NCBI GenBank assembly: GCA_040752695.1
Contig: JBFMGO010000023.1
Span: forward strand, 1 to 63,817
Length of the DNA stretch: 63,817 bases
Reading direction: 5' to 3'
Source: a bacterium
GTDB taxonomy: Bacteria; SZUA-182; DTGQ01
Part shown: positions 1-10,549 of the stretch, piece by piece
Layout: the number at the start of each line of letters is the position of its first letter
Numbering within the stretch: the stretch's first letter is position 1
Position numbers and translations under genes: made by a program
Notes under the pieces: generated by a model
Database searches by the model: none
The model's input: only the letters and a program-made list of their open reading frames with translations
Told to the model about the DNA's origin: nothing

Positions 1-144
1 AAGCTCTTTTCCTTTCAGCACAACGGCCTTAGCCTCGTACCCGGCTGGATCTTTCACTCCCAGCAATTTAAGAACCGCCTCCCCGCCAATAAGCATCAGG
101 TGGTAAAAAGCATCATCCGTGCCCCGCCTGCCTGTACCGGTCAT
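1..144 (-). CDS. Rpn/DUF2887-like PD-(D/E)XK putative nuclease/transposase, N-terminal part (runs off window)
   Basis: Not in ORF track. ATG at 144 preceded by GAGGAGG. Reads MTGTGRRGTDDAFYHLMLIGGEAVLKLLGVKDPAGYEAKAVVLKGKEL, resembling DUF2887/Rpn N-termini (TD..FY.L....LLG....Y....V.LK). Confidence 0.5.
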   Translation of the reverse strand, partial: MTGTGRRGTDDAFYHLMLIGGEAVLKLLGVKDPAGYEAKAVVLKGKEL

Positions 145-465
145 TCGTCACTCTTCCTCCTCTTATTCCTTAGAGTTCTCTATTGGGGATAGGCTCATGT
201 ATCCAATAATTGCTTGCCTTAAGATATAATCCAGCGACTGCCTCACATTCTCCTCTGCTCCAATAGTATGTTATCAACCAGCCATTTGTGTCAATAGTAA
301 AATTGATATTATCCATGAAGAAATGCCAATTGCTCAAAAGGGAGGGGATTTGTGGTGGACAATTGCATGAGAAAAAATACCCGACCGCATAATGAATGAA
401 GTATATTGATGACTGGGTCTTCATTGCCTGCCTCTTGTCTTTTCAGTTCAATTAAGCTAATCTTT

Positions 466-530
466 ATACTTACTCATGATACTTACTCATAATGCTCTCT
501 CATGATATTCACTCATGATGCTCACTCATG
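466..530. repeat. Degenerate 14-bp tandem repeat (TACTCATGAT-like unit, ~4.5 copies)
   Basis: tacttactcatga tacttactcataa tgctctctcatga tattcactcatga tgctcactcatg. Confidence 0.8.
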
Positions 531-623
531 GCGGGTGATATCCCTGAACGGGAAATCAGTAATCGCCGCCAGCAGCCCCCCCCTTTAAGGATTCGTGAAA
601 AGGTATTGAGGAAAGGGAGACAA

Positions 624-1145
624 GTGGTTCGAAAGTCTGAAAACATAGTTCTCATTGGAATGCCTGGAGTTGGCAAGAGCACTATTGGTGTGATTCTGGC
701 AAAGGTGCTATCGCGGGATTTTCTCGATACGGATGTCTACATCCAGGCAGAGGAAGGAAGGACCCTTCAGGAGATTATTGATAGAGAAGGCATGGAGAAA
801 TTTTGTGAGCTCGAAGAGCGGTATGTTACCTCTGTAGCCAGGAGGGGGGCTGTTATTGCAACCGGCGGAAGCGTGGTCTATAGTGATCTTGCGATGGTGC
901 ACCTGAAGTCTCAAGGAGTAGTCTTGCACCTTTCTTTGCCCATTCATCTTTTAGAGAAAAGATTGACTGATTTTACCACGCGCGGTGTAGTTAAAAAATC
1001 CGCTCAGACATTCATTGAGCTCTATGATGAAAGGATACCGCTCTATGAGCGGTATGCAGACAGTACCATTGACTGTACAGGGATGGGGCATGAAGAAGTG
1101 GTAAAGGTAATCCTCAGCCGGTTAAAAGAGCGTTCAAATGAATAG
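624..1145 (+). CDS. aroK: Shikimate kinase
   Basis: NIVLIGMPGVGKST Walker A, D-x-D, VIATGGS and R..LY motifs. GTG start at 624 after GGGAGA is preferred over the ORF start at 528. Confidence 0.9.
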   Translation: MVRKSENIVLIGMPGVGKSTIGVILAKVLSRDFLDTDVYIQAEEGRTLQEIIDREGMEKFCELEERYVTSVARRGAVIATGGSVVYSDLAMVHLKSQGVVLHLSLPIHLLEKRLTDFTTRGVVKKSAQTFIELYDERIPLYERYADSTIDCTGMGHEEVVKVILSRLKERSNE

Positions 1146-1244
1146 AGAAAAAGATTTACGATGATGATCAAAGTCATGGCTGTGGCTGTCCGCTGGTTGC
1201 GGGCGCCACAATACTGGCACACTATAGGAAAGAGGGACATAGTT

Positions 1245-1514
1245 ATGAAGGCAATCGTTACCGTAATAGGTAAGGACAAAGTAGGAATTATCGCCCAGGT
1301 AAGCGCTGTTCTGGCAGAAAATATGGTCAATATCCTGGATATAAGCCAGACAATACTTCAGGATTATTTCACCATGATTATGCTGGTTGATCTATCGGGT
1401 ATGAAACTCTCTTTTTCAGAGCTCCATAATAAATTGGAAGAAAAAGGAAAAACCATAGGATTACAGATCAGGATACAGCGTGAAGAGGTGTTTAAGGCCA
1501 TGCACCAGATATAA
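1245..1514 (+). CDS. ACT domain protein (UPF0237)
   Basis: MKAIVTVIGKDKVGIIA...NILDISQT...FKAMHQI; usual partner upstream of UPF0210. Confidence 0.9.
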   Translation: MKAIVTVIGKDKVGIIAQVSAVLAENMVNILDISQTILQDYFTMIMLVDLSGMKLSFSELHNKLEEKGKTIGLQIRIQREEVFKAMHQI

Positions 1515-1529
1515 GGTTTTTCATGCTGC

Positions 1530-1586
1530 CATCCGAAGGCCATTTATCCGGAGGCCATTTATCCGAAGGCCATTTATGCGAAGGCT
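1530..1586. repeat. 15-bp tandem repeat (CATTTATCCGAAGGC), ~4 copies
   Basis: Read directly from the sequence. Confidence 0.8.
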
Positions 1587-1685
1587 ATGAAAGGAATATG
1601 CAAATAGGGCACTGCCATAATCGTGCCTGACTGAAAAAAACAGCCGCTGAAAACAGTCGAGGATCCCTGGCCGGGCTACCAATAA

Positions 1686-1815
1686 TTCATATTAATTAAC
1701 ATTATCTATAACCAAAAGCTATAATCAAACGCTCATTCGTATTAATTAACATTAGCTATGACCATACGTTATAATCAAACGCTATAATCATACGCTATAA
1801 CTATACGCTATGATC
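1686..1815. repeat. Nested duplication (ATTAATTAACATTA x2) and 13-bp tandem repeat (GCTATAATCAAAC-like)
   Basis: Read directly from the sequence. Confidence 0.75.
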
Positions 1816-1825
1816 AGGTGTAAAA

Positions 1826-3184
1826 ATGATAAATCAGAGTGAAATAACAGAAACAATTCGCATGATTGAATCTGAAAAGCTTGATATCAGAACCATAACC
1901 ATGGGTATTTCCCTCAAGGACTGTGCCGATTCCGATGGAGCTGCAGCGAGGAGAAAGATCTACGATAAGATTACCTATTATGCAGAAAATCTTGTTCGCG
2001 TCGGTAATGATATATCCATTGAATATGGTATTCCCATAATCAATAAGAGGATTGCCGTCACACCTATTTCGATCATTGCCGAGCCATCGGGTGATGAGAA
2101 TTATGTGGCCTTTGCCCAGGCCATAGACCGGGCAGCACAAACCGTAGGGGTTAATTTTATTGGCGGGTTTTCAGCTCTTGTCCACAAGGGATATACCAAG
2201 GGGGACATGAAGCTTATTGCGTCAATCCCTGAATCCCTCGCTGCTACTGAGAGGGTCTGCTCATCGATCAATCTGGCTACGACAAAATCCGGCATCAATA
2301 TGGACGCGGTCAGGCACATGGGTGAGATTATCAAGGAAACCGCGTTTCTTACCAGGGATCAGGACAGCATCGGGTGCGCAAAGCTTGTGGTATTCACCAA
2401 TGCCGTGGAGGACAATCCATTCATGGCAGGAGCGTTTCATGGGCCTGGCGAACCCGAGTGTTCGATAAATATCGGCATAAGCGGCCCTGGTGCAGTTAAA
2501 TCGGCTCTTGAAAAGGTAAAGGGTGCTGATTTTGACCGTGTAGCTGAGACGATAAAAAGGACTGCCTTTAAAATAACAAGACTTGGACAACTGGTGGCGC
2601 AGGAGGCATCCAAAAGGCTCCATGTGCCTTTTGGCATTGTCGATGTTTCACTTGCTCCGACGCCGGCAATAGGTGACAGTGTCGGCAGGATACTTGAGGA
2701 GATGGGGCTTGAAAGCTTCGGGGCGCCGGGATCGACGGCAGCTTTGGCTCTTTTGAACGATGCAGTCAAGAAAGGGGGCACCATGGCGTCATCCCATGTG
2801 GGAGGATTAAGCGGAGCTTTTATTCCTGTCAGCGAGGATGAAGGGATAATAGATGCGGTTTCAAAGGGTGCGCTCCGCATAGAAAAGCTCGAGGCAATGA
2901 CCTGCGTATGCTCCGTAGGGCTCGACATGCTTGCTGTCCCAGGGGACACGAGCGCTGAAACGATTTCGGCCATTATTGCAGATGAGGCGGCCATCGGTGT
3001 TATAAACAATAAAACCACTGCTGTCAGAATTATCCCTGTTTGGGGTAAAGGCATTGGAGAAACTGCGGAATTTGGAGGTTTATTGGGAAGGGCGCCTATC
3101 ATGGAGGTAAGCACATTTTCAAGCTGTGAGTTTATCAAGAGGGGGGGCAGGATACCGGCTCCGATTAACAGCCTTAAAAACTGA
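1826..3184 (+). CDS. PFL family protein (UPF0210/DUF711)
   Basis: [12 protein letters not shown] start, [27 protein letters not shown] end; follows ACT protein. Confidence 0.92.
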   Translation: MINQSEITETIRMIESEKLDIRTITMGISLKDCADSDGAAARRKIYDKITYYAENLVRVGNDISIEYGIPIINKRIAVTPISIIAEPSGDENYVAFAQAIDRAAQTVGVNFIGGFSALVHKGYTKGDMKLIASIPESLAATERVCSSINLATTKSGINMDAVRHMGEIIKETAFLTRDQDSIGCAKLVVFTNAVEDNPFMAGAFHGPGEPECSINIGISGPGAVKSALEKVKGADFDRVAETIKRTAFKITRLGQLVAQEASKRLHVPFGIVDVSLAPTPAIGDSVGRILEEMGLESFGAPGSTAALALLNDAVKKGGTMASSHVGGLSGAFIPVSEDEGIIDAVSKGALRIEKLEAMTCVCSVGLDMLAVPGDTSAETISAIIADEAAIGVINNKTTAVRIIPVWGKGIGETAEFGGLLGRAPIMEVSTFSSCEFIKRGGRIPAPINSLKN

Positions 3185-3286
3185 CAGCCGATAAGAAATC
3201 CCTGATCGTGGCTGGCATTTTTAAGGCCGTATGTTTTCTCGATGAAATAATTCAATGAGGAGAGCATCAACCTTGATCCAAATAAC

Positions 3287-3315
3287 TTGACAATGTCGGC
3301 GATCTTGTGTTAAAT
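3287..3315 (+). promoter_or_regulatory. sigma70-type promoter of tRNA-Leu
   Basis: TTGACA-17 nt-TTAAAT about 20 nt upstream of the tRNA. Confidence 0.6.
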
Positions 3316-3334
3316 ATTTATGAAGACTGAAATT

Positions 3335-3420
3335 GCCGGAGTGGTGGAATTGGCATACGCACGGGACTCAAAATCCCGCGGGCCTTAGCGCCCATGAGGG
3401 TTCGACCCCCTCCTCCGGCA
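3335..3420 (+). tRNA. tRNA-Leu (CAA)
   Basis: GCCGGAG/CTCCGGC acceptor stem, anticodon arm CGGGA-CTCAAAA-TCCCG, long variable arm, GGTTCGAC T-loop; CCA not encoded. Confidence 0.96.
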
Positions 3421-3949
3421 TTGACCTTGTATCTTGTGTCTTTAGATATAGAGTCTTAAGGTAGGTTGCTTCTCATCTCGCTACGTATTTTTAACTTGAC
3501 AACAGGGTTCGTGTTGAGCTAATATTTTAGTAATCAATAATGATTATGTCATGTATTTTGCAAATGAAATATTTTTAAGATGGATTTTCCAGTAACTTTC
3601 ATAGCCAGGTGTCGGTGTTCCAGTATGACCTTCAACTTGATGTTTTTATGAAAAAGGCTTACTGTTCCTGAAAAACCCTAAACAGATATGTGATCTGAAC
3701 CTCCATAATATTGAGCCCAGTGGTCAATCATAATCTTAATCCCGCTGATCGGTAATGCTCAGTTGGGAGAACGACCGTTGTAAACAGGTCGTTTTTATTT
3801 TTATCCTTCCCAGGCTAAAAAGTGCAGGTATATATCTCCCCGGCTGGAAGATAATTTAAAAATATTTCGGATATGAGCTTATAAAACAATGACATTGCTT
3901 ATAGTTATCCTCAATTAATCCACTATAGTGCTATACGCAGGAGTTCTCT

Positions 3950-4264
3950 ATGACCAAGGAAGAAATTATTAGAGCCATCTGGGACCAATTTCCAAACATT
4001 ACCGTTAATGAGGCTCGGCGAATATATGAGACTACCATAAACCTTCTGAAGGAAACCCTGGTGAAGGGTGAATCTATTGAAATCAGAGGGTTCGGGAAAT
4101 TCACGGTCCGGGAAAAAAACAAAAGAATGGGGAGAAATCCAAGAACTGGTGAAGAAGCAGTAATTGTCGAAAGAAAGGTAGTAACCTTTAAACCTTCGAA
4201 GATCTTCCGAAATATGGTCTGCAATAACGGGGAAGCCATAGAGGAAGATGATGATGAGGAATGA
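3950..4264 (+). CDS. HU/IHF family DNA-binding protein
   Basis: MTKEE...IEIRGFGKF...R.GRNPRTGE...VVTFKPS; acidic tail. Confidence 0.92.
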   Translation: MTKEEIIRAIWDQFPNITVNEARRIYETTINLLKETLVKGESIEIRGFGKFTVREKNKRMGRNPRTGEEAVIVERKVVTFKPSKIFRNMVCNNGEAIEEDDDEE

Positions 4265-4282
4265 GGTATATTCTGTAGTGAG

Positions 4283-4316
4283 AATCCCTCCATCCCCCTT
4301 TGGGAAAAGGGGGGAG
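4283..4316. repeat. REP-like palindrome
   Basis: AATCCCTCCATCCCCCTTT-GGGA-AAAGGGGGGAG just after the HU/IHF stop. Confidence 0.55.
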
Positions 4317-4557
4317 TAAGGTTACTACGCTCAGCAGTTTGGCAGGATGAGCTGTCGGCATTGAGCAAAACAATGCACCCCGCTCCGCTTGTATATCACC
4401 TGCCGATAGGCAACGTAAAGTGGCGGTTTTAGGCGGATGATTACCTGATTTTCGAATAATGCCGAATTTTTTTTGCCGCCCTTGATATCCGGAAGAAGAG
4501 GACAATCAATACGGGTAAATAGGCAATAAGAAAATCAACGGTTTTTCTTCCCCTCGC

Positions 4558-4983
4558 CTAGAGCAGTTTTGAGTCAAGGTAATCGCAGAAATTCCTGTCC
4601 TGGGTACTATCCCTTAAGATAAAACTGAAATTACGATTATGTCTGGCACTCTCAATGGTGATTTTGCCAAACCCTTCCGGATAAACATCAAATATTTCCT
4701 TATAGGAAAATTCATTTACCTCGATCAGACATTTTTTCCTGATAAAATATCCTGATTCAGAGGTAAGATACACTTTCAGAACCGTAATGAGGCGTTGATT
4801 GGTAAGGATAATTATGCCTCGCGAGAACCCATCGCTATCCGAAGCTTCGAATGCCTTTTCAATCGTCTCGTTGTCCCACAAAACATCGGCCAGCCAGGTG
4901 ATCTCCTCCCGACTGGCAAACTGTGCCCCTCTCTTCAGTTGACTAATCTGAGCCTGAACCGCTTCTAACTTATTCGTCTCCAT
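4558..4983 (-). CDS. Bacterial PH-domain-like protein
   Basis: EI..L.DVL.DNE.I...GIIILTNQRLI pattern typical of bPH_3/YokE-like proteins. Confidence 0.6.
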   Translation of the reverse strand: METNKLEAVQAQISQLKRGAQFASREEITWLADVLWDNETIEKAFEASDSDGFSRGIIILTNQRLITVLKVYLTSESGYFIRKKCLIEVNEFSYKEIFDVYPEGFGKITIESARHNRNFSFILRDSTQDRNFCDYLDSKLL

Positions 4984-5255
4984 CGATGCTCACCCCGGCA
5001 AAGGTTAGCGTGTGCCAAAGCCTTTAAGAGTTTTCCACGTCAGCCACCTTTAAGAAAAAGTTTCAACCGCTGTCTCGTTCATAATACTTGGTAGAAAATG
5101 AGAGTTATCAGATACTATAAAAAGTATACAAGAAAGGGGAGGGAAATATCAAAAATATCTTAAAAACATCGTGAGCCTATCGTATGGGAAAACACCGTGA
5201 GCCTATCGTAGGGGAGGCTTTTGGGCAACTACCCTTGAGCGGAAGGAAGGATTTT

Positions 5256-8200
5256 CTATGCTCCTTTGTTGGAATCACCTTTGTCGGAATCACCTTTTTT
5301 GACCACATCTACCAGAAAAGCTTTTGTTTCGGGAATCATGGTATTGGCATCACCAATGGATGGTGTCAGGATATTGGCGCTGTCTCCTCCTCCTTCAAGC
5401 CCCAGCCAGCCAAAATGCCAGGGGATGCCCACCTGGTAAATCTTCTGATCATTGACGAGCAGCGGTTGGAGTCGATTGGTAACGACGGCTACGGCTTCCA
5501 GGTTGCCCCGTGCAGACTTGATCAGGCACACTTCTCCATTCTTGATTCCTTTATCCTCAGCCAGTTCTGTGCACATTTCAATGAACACGCGGGGCTGTAA
5601 CTCTATCAGCCAGGACTGACGGCGGGTCATGGTCCCGGTCTGCCAATGCTCACTGAGCCGGTAGGTGGTGCAGACAATGGGAAACTTTGGATCGCAGGTC
5701 ATGAATTGCTTCTCGCCGCCTTTGATTTCCTTGCCGCTTAACAGCCTAATAGTAGGACTTAAGCGCTGGGAGGAGAGCAGGTTTTTTTCAATAGGGCACT
5801 CGAGGGGTTCATAGTGTTCGGGGAAGGGTCCATCTGCCATGCCAGGCCCAAAAACTTGAGCCAACCCTTCTGGCAGCATACAGAAAGCATACTTTGCGTG
5901 CTCTTTCTGCTCGTTATTCCCTGGATGGCCCATGTTCCTCTTATATGCCGTCAGCGGCAGATTTCCGCCCATTGGCGGCCAGTCACCATCCGGAACATCT
6001 CCTACCCATTGCTGTCCGTTCCACTCGATAACCGATTTTTTCCGCTTTCTTGGCAGGCCATGCTCGTTGGTCGATGCGCGGTTATGCAGTATCCGGCAAT
6101 TGTTCGGCCAGGACCATGCCCAGCCAGGATAAAGGCCGAGACCTGTGGGGTCGGTCGTGTCCCGTCGGGTTGCCAGCGCCCCTTCTTTCTCCGTGTAGCT
6201 TGAGCAATACAGCCAGTTGCCGCAGGCTGTGGAGCCATCCTGTTGCAGGCAGTTTTGATGGGGGATGAGAGTTCCTTTCTCGAAGAGTTGCCCTTCAATC
6301 TGCACGTTTTTGAGAAAATAGCCGTTAATCTCTCTGGCCACCCGGTGGGAGTCGAAAAGTCTGGTCTTACCGTCAGGACCGGTCGTTTGAAAGTCCCAGG
6401 ACAGGTTCACAATGGCCTCATTGTTCCTGCCCCCTTTTTGGCTGAAAACTTTCTTGAGCCTTAAGACCAGTTCGGTCATGATCTCACCATCGGGTTTGGC
6501 CTGACCCGGCGGATCCATCGTCTTGGAGCGCCACTGCATCCAGCGGCCGCTATTGGTCATGCTTCCCTCCTTCTCAAAAGAGAAGGCTGCGGGAAGCAGG
6601 AAGACCTCGGTATTGATCTCCAGAGGGTCGATATTCGGGCCCCGCCAGAATGAGGAGGTTTCGTTATCGAAGAGGTTGACATTAACCAGCCAGTCCAGGC
6701 TGGCCAAAGACTTGCGCACCCTTGTAGCATTGGCCCCGCTGCAGGCAGGATTTTGCCCCCAAACGAAAAATCCTGAAATTTCCCCTGAATAGATGGCGTC
6801 AAACAGCATAAGCCAGGAGTAATTCTGGCCCTCATCGATCTTTGGCAGCCAATGATATCCAAAGTCGTTATCAGCCCTAGCTGCATCGCCGAAGAAAGCT
6901 TTGAGGAGGCTCACCATGTACCGGGGGTAATTTTGCATTTCATTGGCACTGTTCGGGCTCAGGCTTTTCGGAGTGTTCTCCTTGAGGTAATCCTCCAGCC
7001 TGGCCTGGGAGGCAAAAGGGACTTTCAGGTAACCGGGAAGCAGCTCATATAAAAGAGAGTGGTCCGTGGCACCCTGGGCATTGGATTCTCCCCGCAGGGT
7101 ATTGATTCCGCCCCCTGCAATACCCATATTGCCCAACATAAGCTGGATGATGGCCATGGCTCTGATATTTTGCGTCCCCACCGTATGCTGCGTCCAGCCG
7201 AGGGCAGAGAGGATCGTTCCTGAGTGGTCGGGGCCTTTGGTTGCTGAATACGTCTGATAAATCTTCTGCAAAAGATCCTCTGGCGTGCCGGTGATCCGGG
7301 AGACAATCTCAATAGTATATCGGTAAAAGTGCTTTCGCAAAAGGGTAAAAACGCAATATTGGTCCTGCAGTGTCAAGTCCTTCCTGATCATCCCGTTGGG
7401 TTCTGTCTGGAAGGCCCATGTGGATTTGTCATAGCTTCGGTTTTTTGGATCATATCCGGAAAAGAGGCCATCCAGATCATCGGGCAATTGAATCTGAGGG
7501 TTAACCAGAAACGAGGCATTGGTATGCAGGACTAAAGACCTTTCACAATACAGCCGGTTTTCGATAATATAATTGATCAGCCCACCTAAAAAAGCCAGGT
7601 CCGTACCCGCCCGGATCGGTGCATAAATGTCCGCTTTGGCTGAGGTGCGGGTAAAGCGGGGGTCAACGTGAATGAGGGCTGCACCTTTTCTCTTTGCCTC
7701 CATGATCCATTTGAAAGCAAGAGGATGATTTTCCGCAGGATTGGCCCCCATGATCAGGATTACATCCGAATTCTTCAAGTCGATCCAGTGATTGGTCATT
7801 GCTCCCCGGCCAAAAGACTCAGTCAGGGCAGCCAGGGTGGAAGAGTAGCAGAGCCGGGCCTGGTGCTCGACGTACACAAGCCCCAAAGCCCGAAGGAGTT
7901 TCTGGTAAGCGTAACATTCCTCATTATCCAGAGCAGCACTGCCTACGGAGGCGATCCCTTCGGTCCGGTTGACCACCTGACCTTTTGCATTCTGCTGGAC
8001 AAAAGTCCTCTCACGGGAATAGAATACGTTTTCGGCAATCTTATCCAGAGCCCAGTCCCAGGAGACCTCCTTCCATTCCCTGCCCTTGGGCGCACGGTAT
8101 AAGGGCACGGTCAGCCGCTGCGGGTTTTGGACCTGGATAAGCGCCGTACCCTTGCTGCAAAGAGCGCCCCTGTTGATCGGGTGCTCCGGGTCACCCTCGA

Positions 8201-8411
8201 CATACGTCACCCTGCCCTCCTGGACATGGATGATAAGGCCGCATCCTACGGCACAGTAAGGACAAATGGAGGGGACTTCCCGGCCGTATTCGACGCGCCG
8301 GTCCCTGGCCTGGCTGCCCAAAACCGGCCTTTTGAATCCCAGACTTTCCAAAACCAGGACAGCGGCCGCACTTCCTGTTACTTTCAAAAAATCCCTTCGA
8401 TTTATCTGCAT
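5256..8411 (-). CDS. fdnG: Formate dehydrogenase-N alpha subunit-like Mo/W-bisPGD enzyme (Tat-exported), Cys-Tyr active-site variant
   Basis: Tat RRDFLK; CPYCAVGCG...LCSKG 4Fe-4S motif; EHQARLCYSS; FGRGAMTNHW; LRGESNAQG; C-terminal molydopterin-binding domain. Confidence 0.88.
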   Translation of the reverse strand: MQINRRDFLKVTGSAAAVLVLESLGFKRPVLGSQARDRRVEYGREVPSICPYCAVGCGLIIHVQEGRVTYVEGDPEHPINRGALCSKGTALIQVQNPQRLTVPLYRAPKGREWKEVSWDWALDKIAENVFYSRERTFVQQNAKGQVVNRTEGIASVGSAALDNEECYAYQKLLRALGLVYVEHQARLCYSSTLAALTESFGRGAMTNHWIDLKNSDVILIMGANPAENHPLAFKWIMEAKRKGAALIHVDPRFTRTSAKADIYAPIRAGTDLAFLGGLINYIIENRLYCERSLVLHTNASFLVNPQIQLPDDLDGLFSGYDPKNRSYDKSTWAFQTEPNGMIRKDLTLQDQYCVFTLLRKHFYRYTIEIVSRITGTPEDLLQKIYQTYSATKGPDHSGTILSALGWTQHTVGTQNIRAMAIIQLMLGNMGIAGGGINTLRGESNAQGATDHSLLYELLPGYLKVPFASQARLEDYLKENTPKSLSPNSANEMQNYPRYMVSLLKAFFGDAARADNDFGYHWLPKIDEGQNYSWLMLFDAIYSGEISGFFVWGQNPACSGANATRVRKSLASLDWLVNVNLFDNETSSFWRGPNIDPLEINTEVFLLPAAFSFEKEGSMTNSGRWMQWRSKTMDPPGQAKPDGEIMTELVLRLKKVFSQKGGRNNEAIVNLSWDFQTTGPDGKTRLFDSHRVAREINGYFLKNVQIEGQLFEKGTLIPHQNCLQQDGSTACGNWLYCSSYTEKEGALATRRDTTDPTGLGLYPGWAWSWPNNCRILHNRASTNEHGLPRKRKKSVIEWNGQQWVGDVPDGDWPPMGGNLPLTAYKRNMGHPGNNEQKEHAKYAFCMLPEGLAQVFGPGMADGPFPEHYEPLECPIEKNLLSSQRLSPTIRLLSGKEIKGGEKQFMTCDPKFPIVCTTYRLSEHWQTGTMTRRQSWLIELQPRVFIEMCTELAEDKGIKNGEVCLIKSARGNLEAVAVVTNRLQPLLVNDQKIYQVGIPWHFGWLGLEGGGDSANILTPSIGDANTMIPETKAFLVDVVKKGDSDKGDSNKGA

Positions 8412-8769
8412 GATACCTTTATATTCCGGGATCAGGGGTTACGGGGAAAAAGTGTAAGACGTCCGGCAAAGCATAAGATGTCCGGCAGTGAATTCTCTAT
8501 CCCCTTTCTCATATACCTTTTCGCCATATTCCCGGTTGAAGATCAGAACGCTCATGAAGTCACGTATGCACGATTCGATAAACGACACCATGAGTTAATA
8601 AAACCAAAGATATTGACACATCAGGATATTTATGATAGAAGTGATAATGAGAGGCATGGCCTGGAGGATATGCATAGCCGAAAGATATACATAGCCAAAA
8701 CATATGCCTATCTTGAGGAGGATTGAATTGAAAGGCAATGCACCTCAAATAACAGGGGAGATAAAGGCA

Positions 8770-9249
8770 ATGAAAACCGTATTGATTGTTTATTATTCCC
8801 GAAGCGGACATACGAAAACTCTGGCCCGGAGTATTGCCGAGGGTGCAGAGGGGAAAGACATCCAGGTCAGGGTAAAAAAAGTGGAAGAGGCGAGTAATGA
8901 TGATCTTAAAGAAGCTGATGCCGTCATTATCGGCTCTCCCGTTTACTTTGGCAGTATGGCAGCGCCAATCAAGGAATTTTTTGACCGAAGCGTAGCTATC
9001 AGAGGGGCACTGAAAAACAAGATAGGAGCCGCTTTTGTCACATCAGGCCATCAGACCGGTGGCAAGGAAACGACCATCTTATCCATCATTCAGGCTATGC
9101 TGATCCATGAAATGATCGTCGTAGGAGATCCTATTTCGGCAGGTGGCCATTACGGAGCCGCTGCACTGGGAGAGCCTGATCAAGAGGCGATCAAACAGGG
9201 GAAGGCTCTTGGAGCCCGTGTCGCAGAACTGGTCAATCGCTTACGATAG
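8770..9249 (+). CDS. Flavodoxin-like NAD(P)H-dependent oxidoreductase (WrbA family)
   Basis: YYSRSGHT FMN-binding loop, GSPVYFG, GGKETT. Confidence 0.85.
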   Translation: MKTVLIVYYSRSGHTKTLARSIAEGAEGKDIQVRVKKVEEASNDDLKEADAVIIGSPVYFGSMAAPIKEFFDRSVAIRGALKNKIGAAFVTSGHQTGGKETTILSIIQAMLIHEMIVVGDPISAGGHYGAAALGEPDQEAIKQGKALGARVAELVNRLR

Positions 9250-9302
9250 TTACGATAGCATGAAAGATAATGCCTGATTAATCCGCAACACAATCTTTTC
9301 TC

Positions 9303-10505
9303 TTGACTTTGCCAAATAATAACAGAACCGAAAGCAAATATCAGCGCATCCTGGTTGTGGTCCTGGACAGTTTGGGAGTGGGGGCCCTGCCGGATGCGGA
9401 AAAGTACGGGGATGCAGGAAGCAATACCCTTTTGAACATGGCCGCTGCCGTCGGCGGGATTCATCTGCCGACCATGGAAAGACTGGGTCTGGCAAGGGTT
9501 TGCCCTTTTGCGGGCCATGATCCTTCTATCCAGCCCAGAGGAGCCTATGGACGGATGGCCGAAGCATCCTGCGGAAAGGACAGCACGGTGGGGCATTGGG
9601 AACTCATGGGTATCGTTGTTGACAGACCCTTCCCGGTCTACCCTCACGGGTTCCCTGATGAGGTTCTTGACCCCTTCCGGCAGGCTGCCGGTACAAAAAT
9701 CCTGGGAAATGTGCCTGCCTCAGGGACTGAAATCATCGATCGGCTCGGCTCAGAGCATGTCCGGACGGGATATCCTATCGTTTACACTTCTCAAGACAGT
9801 GTCTTCCAGATCGCTGCCCATGAGGAGGTTATCCCCGTTGAGCGGCTGTATGAAATCTGCTCCATCGCAAGAGCTCTCCTGAAGGGACCGCACGCCGTGG
9901 CACGGGTAATAGCCCGCCCCTTTATCGGCGGCCCCGGCACGTGGAAGCGTACATCACGCAGAAGAGACTTCTCGCTGGAGCCTCCGGAGGCGGATGTGCT
10001 GGACCTGGTAAAGGAAAAAGGCATAGCGGTTACAGGCATCGGCAAGGTAACGGACATTTTTGCCGATCGGGGATTTACCCGCAAGATCCCTGCCAAGGGC
10101 AATACTGACACGATCGACAAGATCGAGCAGACCCTGGCAGAAATGGAAAAAGGCATCCTTTTTGCCAATCTGGTCGATTTTGACATGCTCTACGGCCACA
10201 GGAACGACCCGCAAGGATATGCCGAAGCTCTTCGTTTCTTTGATCATCGGCTGCAAACCATTCTGACCGCCCTTAATTCCGACGACCTTTTGATGATCGT
10301 CGGAGACCACGGCTGTGATCCGACCACTCCGTCTACGGACCATTCACGGGAGTATATCCCGATTCTGGCCTATACGCCGGCTGCAGGCGAGGGAGTCAAT
10401 CTGGGAACCCGATCTTCTTTTGCCGATGTAGCTCAGACCATAGCTCAAAATTTTTATGTTTCCGAATTAGCAAAGGGGACATCTTTTTTAGATGAAATTG
10501 CATAA
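9303..10505 (+). CDS. deoB: Phosphopentomutase
   Basis: VLDSLGVG, GKDSTVGHWE, RVIARPF, NLVDFDMLYGHRND, DHGCDP, TDHSRE. Confidence 0.95.
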   Translation: MTLPNNNRTESKYQRILVVVLDSLGVGALPDAEKYGDAGSNTLLNMAAAVGGIHLPTMERLGLARVCPFAGHDPSIQPRGAYGRMAEASCGKDSTVGHWELMGIVVDRPFPVYPHGFPDEVLDPFRQAAGTKILGNVPASGTEIIDRLGSEHVRTGYPIVYTSQDSVFQIAAHEEVIPVERLYEICSIARALLKGPHAVARVIARPFIGGPGTWKRTSRRRDFSLEPPEADVLDLVKEKGIAVTGIGKVTDIFADRGFTRKIPAKGNTDTIDKIEQTLAEMEKGILFANLVDFDMLYGHRNDPQGYAEALRFFDHRLQTILTALNSDDLLMIVGDHGCDPTTPSTDHSREYIPILAYTPAAGEGVNLGTRSSFADVAQTIAQNFYVSELAKGTSFLDEIA

Positions 10506-10549
10506 CAAGAAGGTGGAATTGCAAACAAGAACAAGAAGAGGATAGAAAA

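Noticed and set aside
528..623. N-terminal extension of shikimate kinase
   Set aside because: The ATG lies within the tandem repeat; GTG 624 has an RBS and matches the usual family start.
3421..3949. Integrated element or known ncRNA after tRNA-Leu
   Set aside because: AT-rich with a promoter-like site and one hairpin, but no integrase, no tRNA-end duplication and no RNA family motif I recognise.
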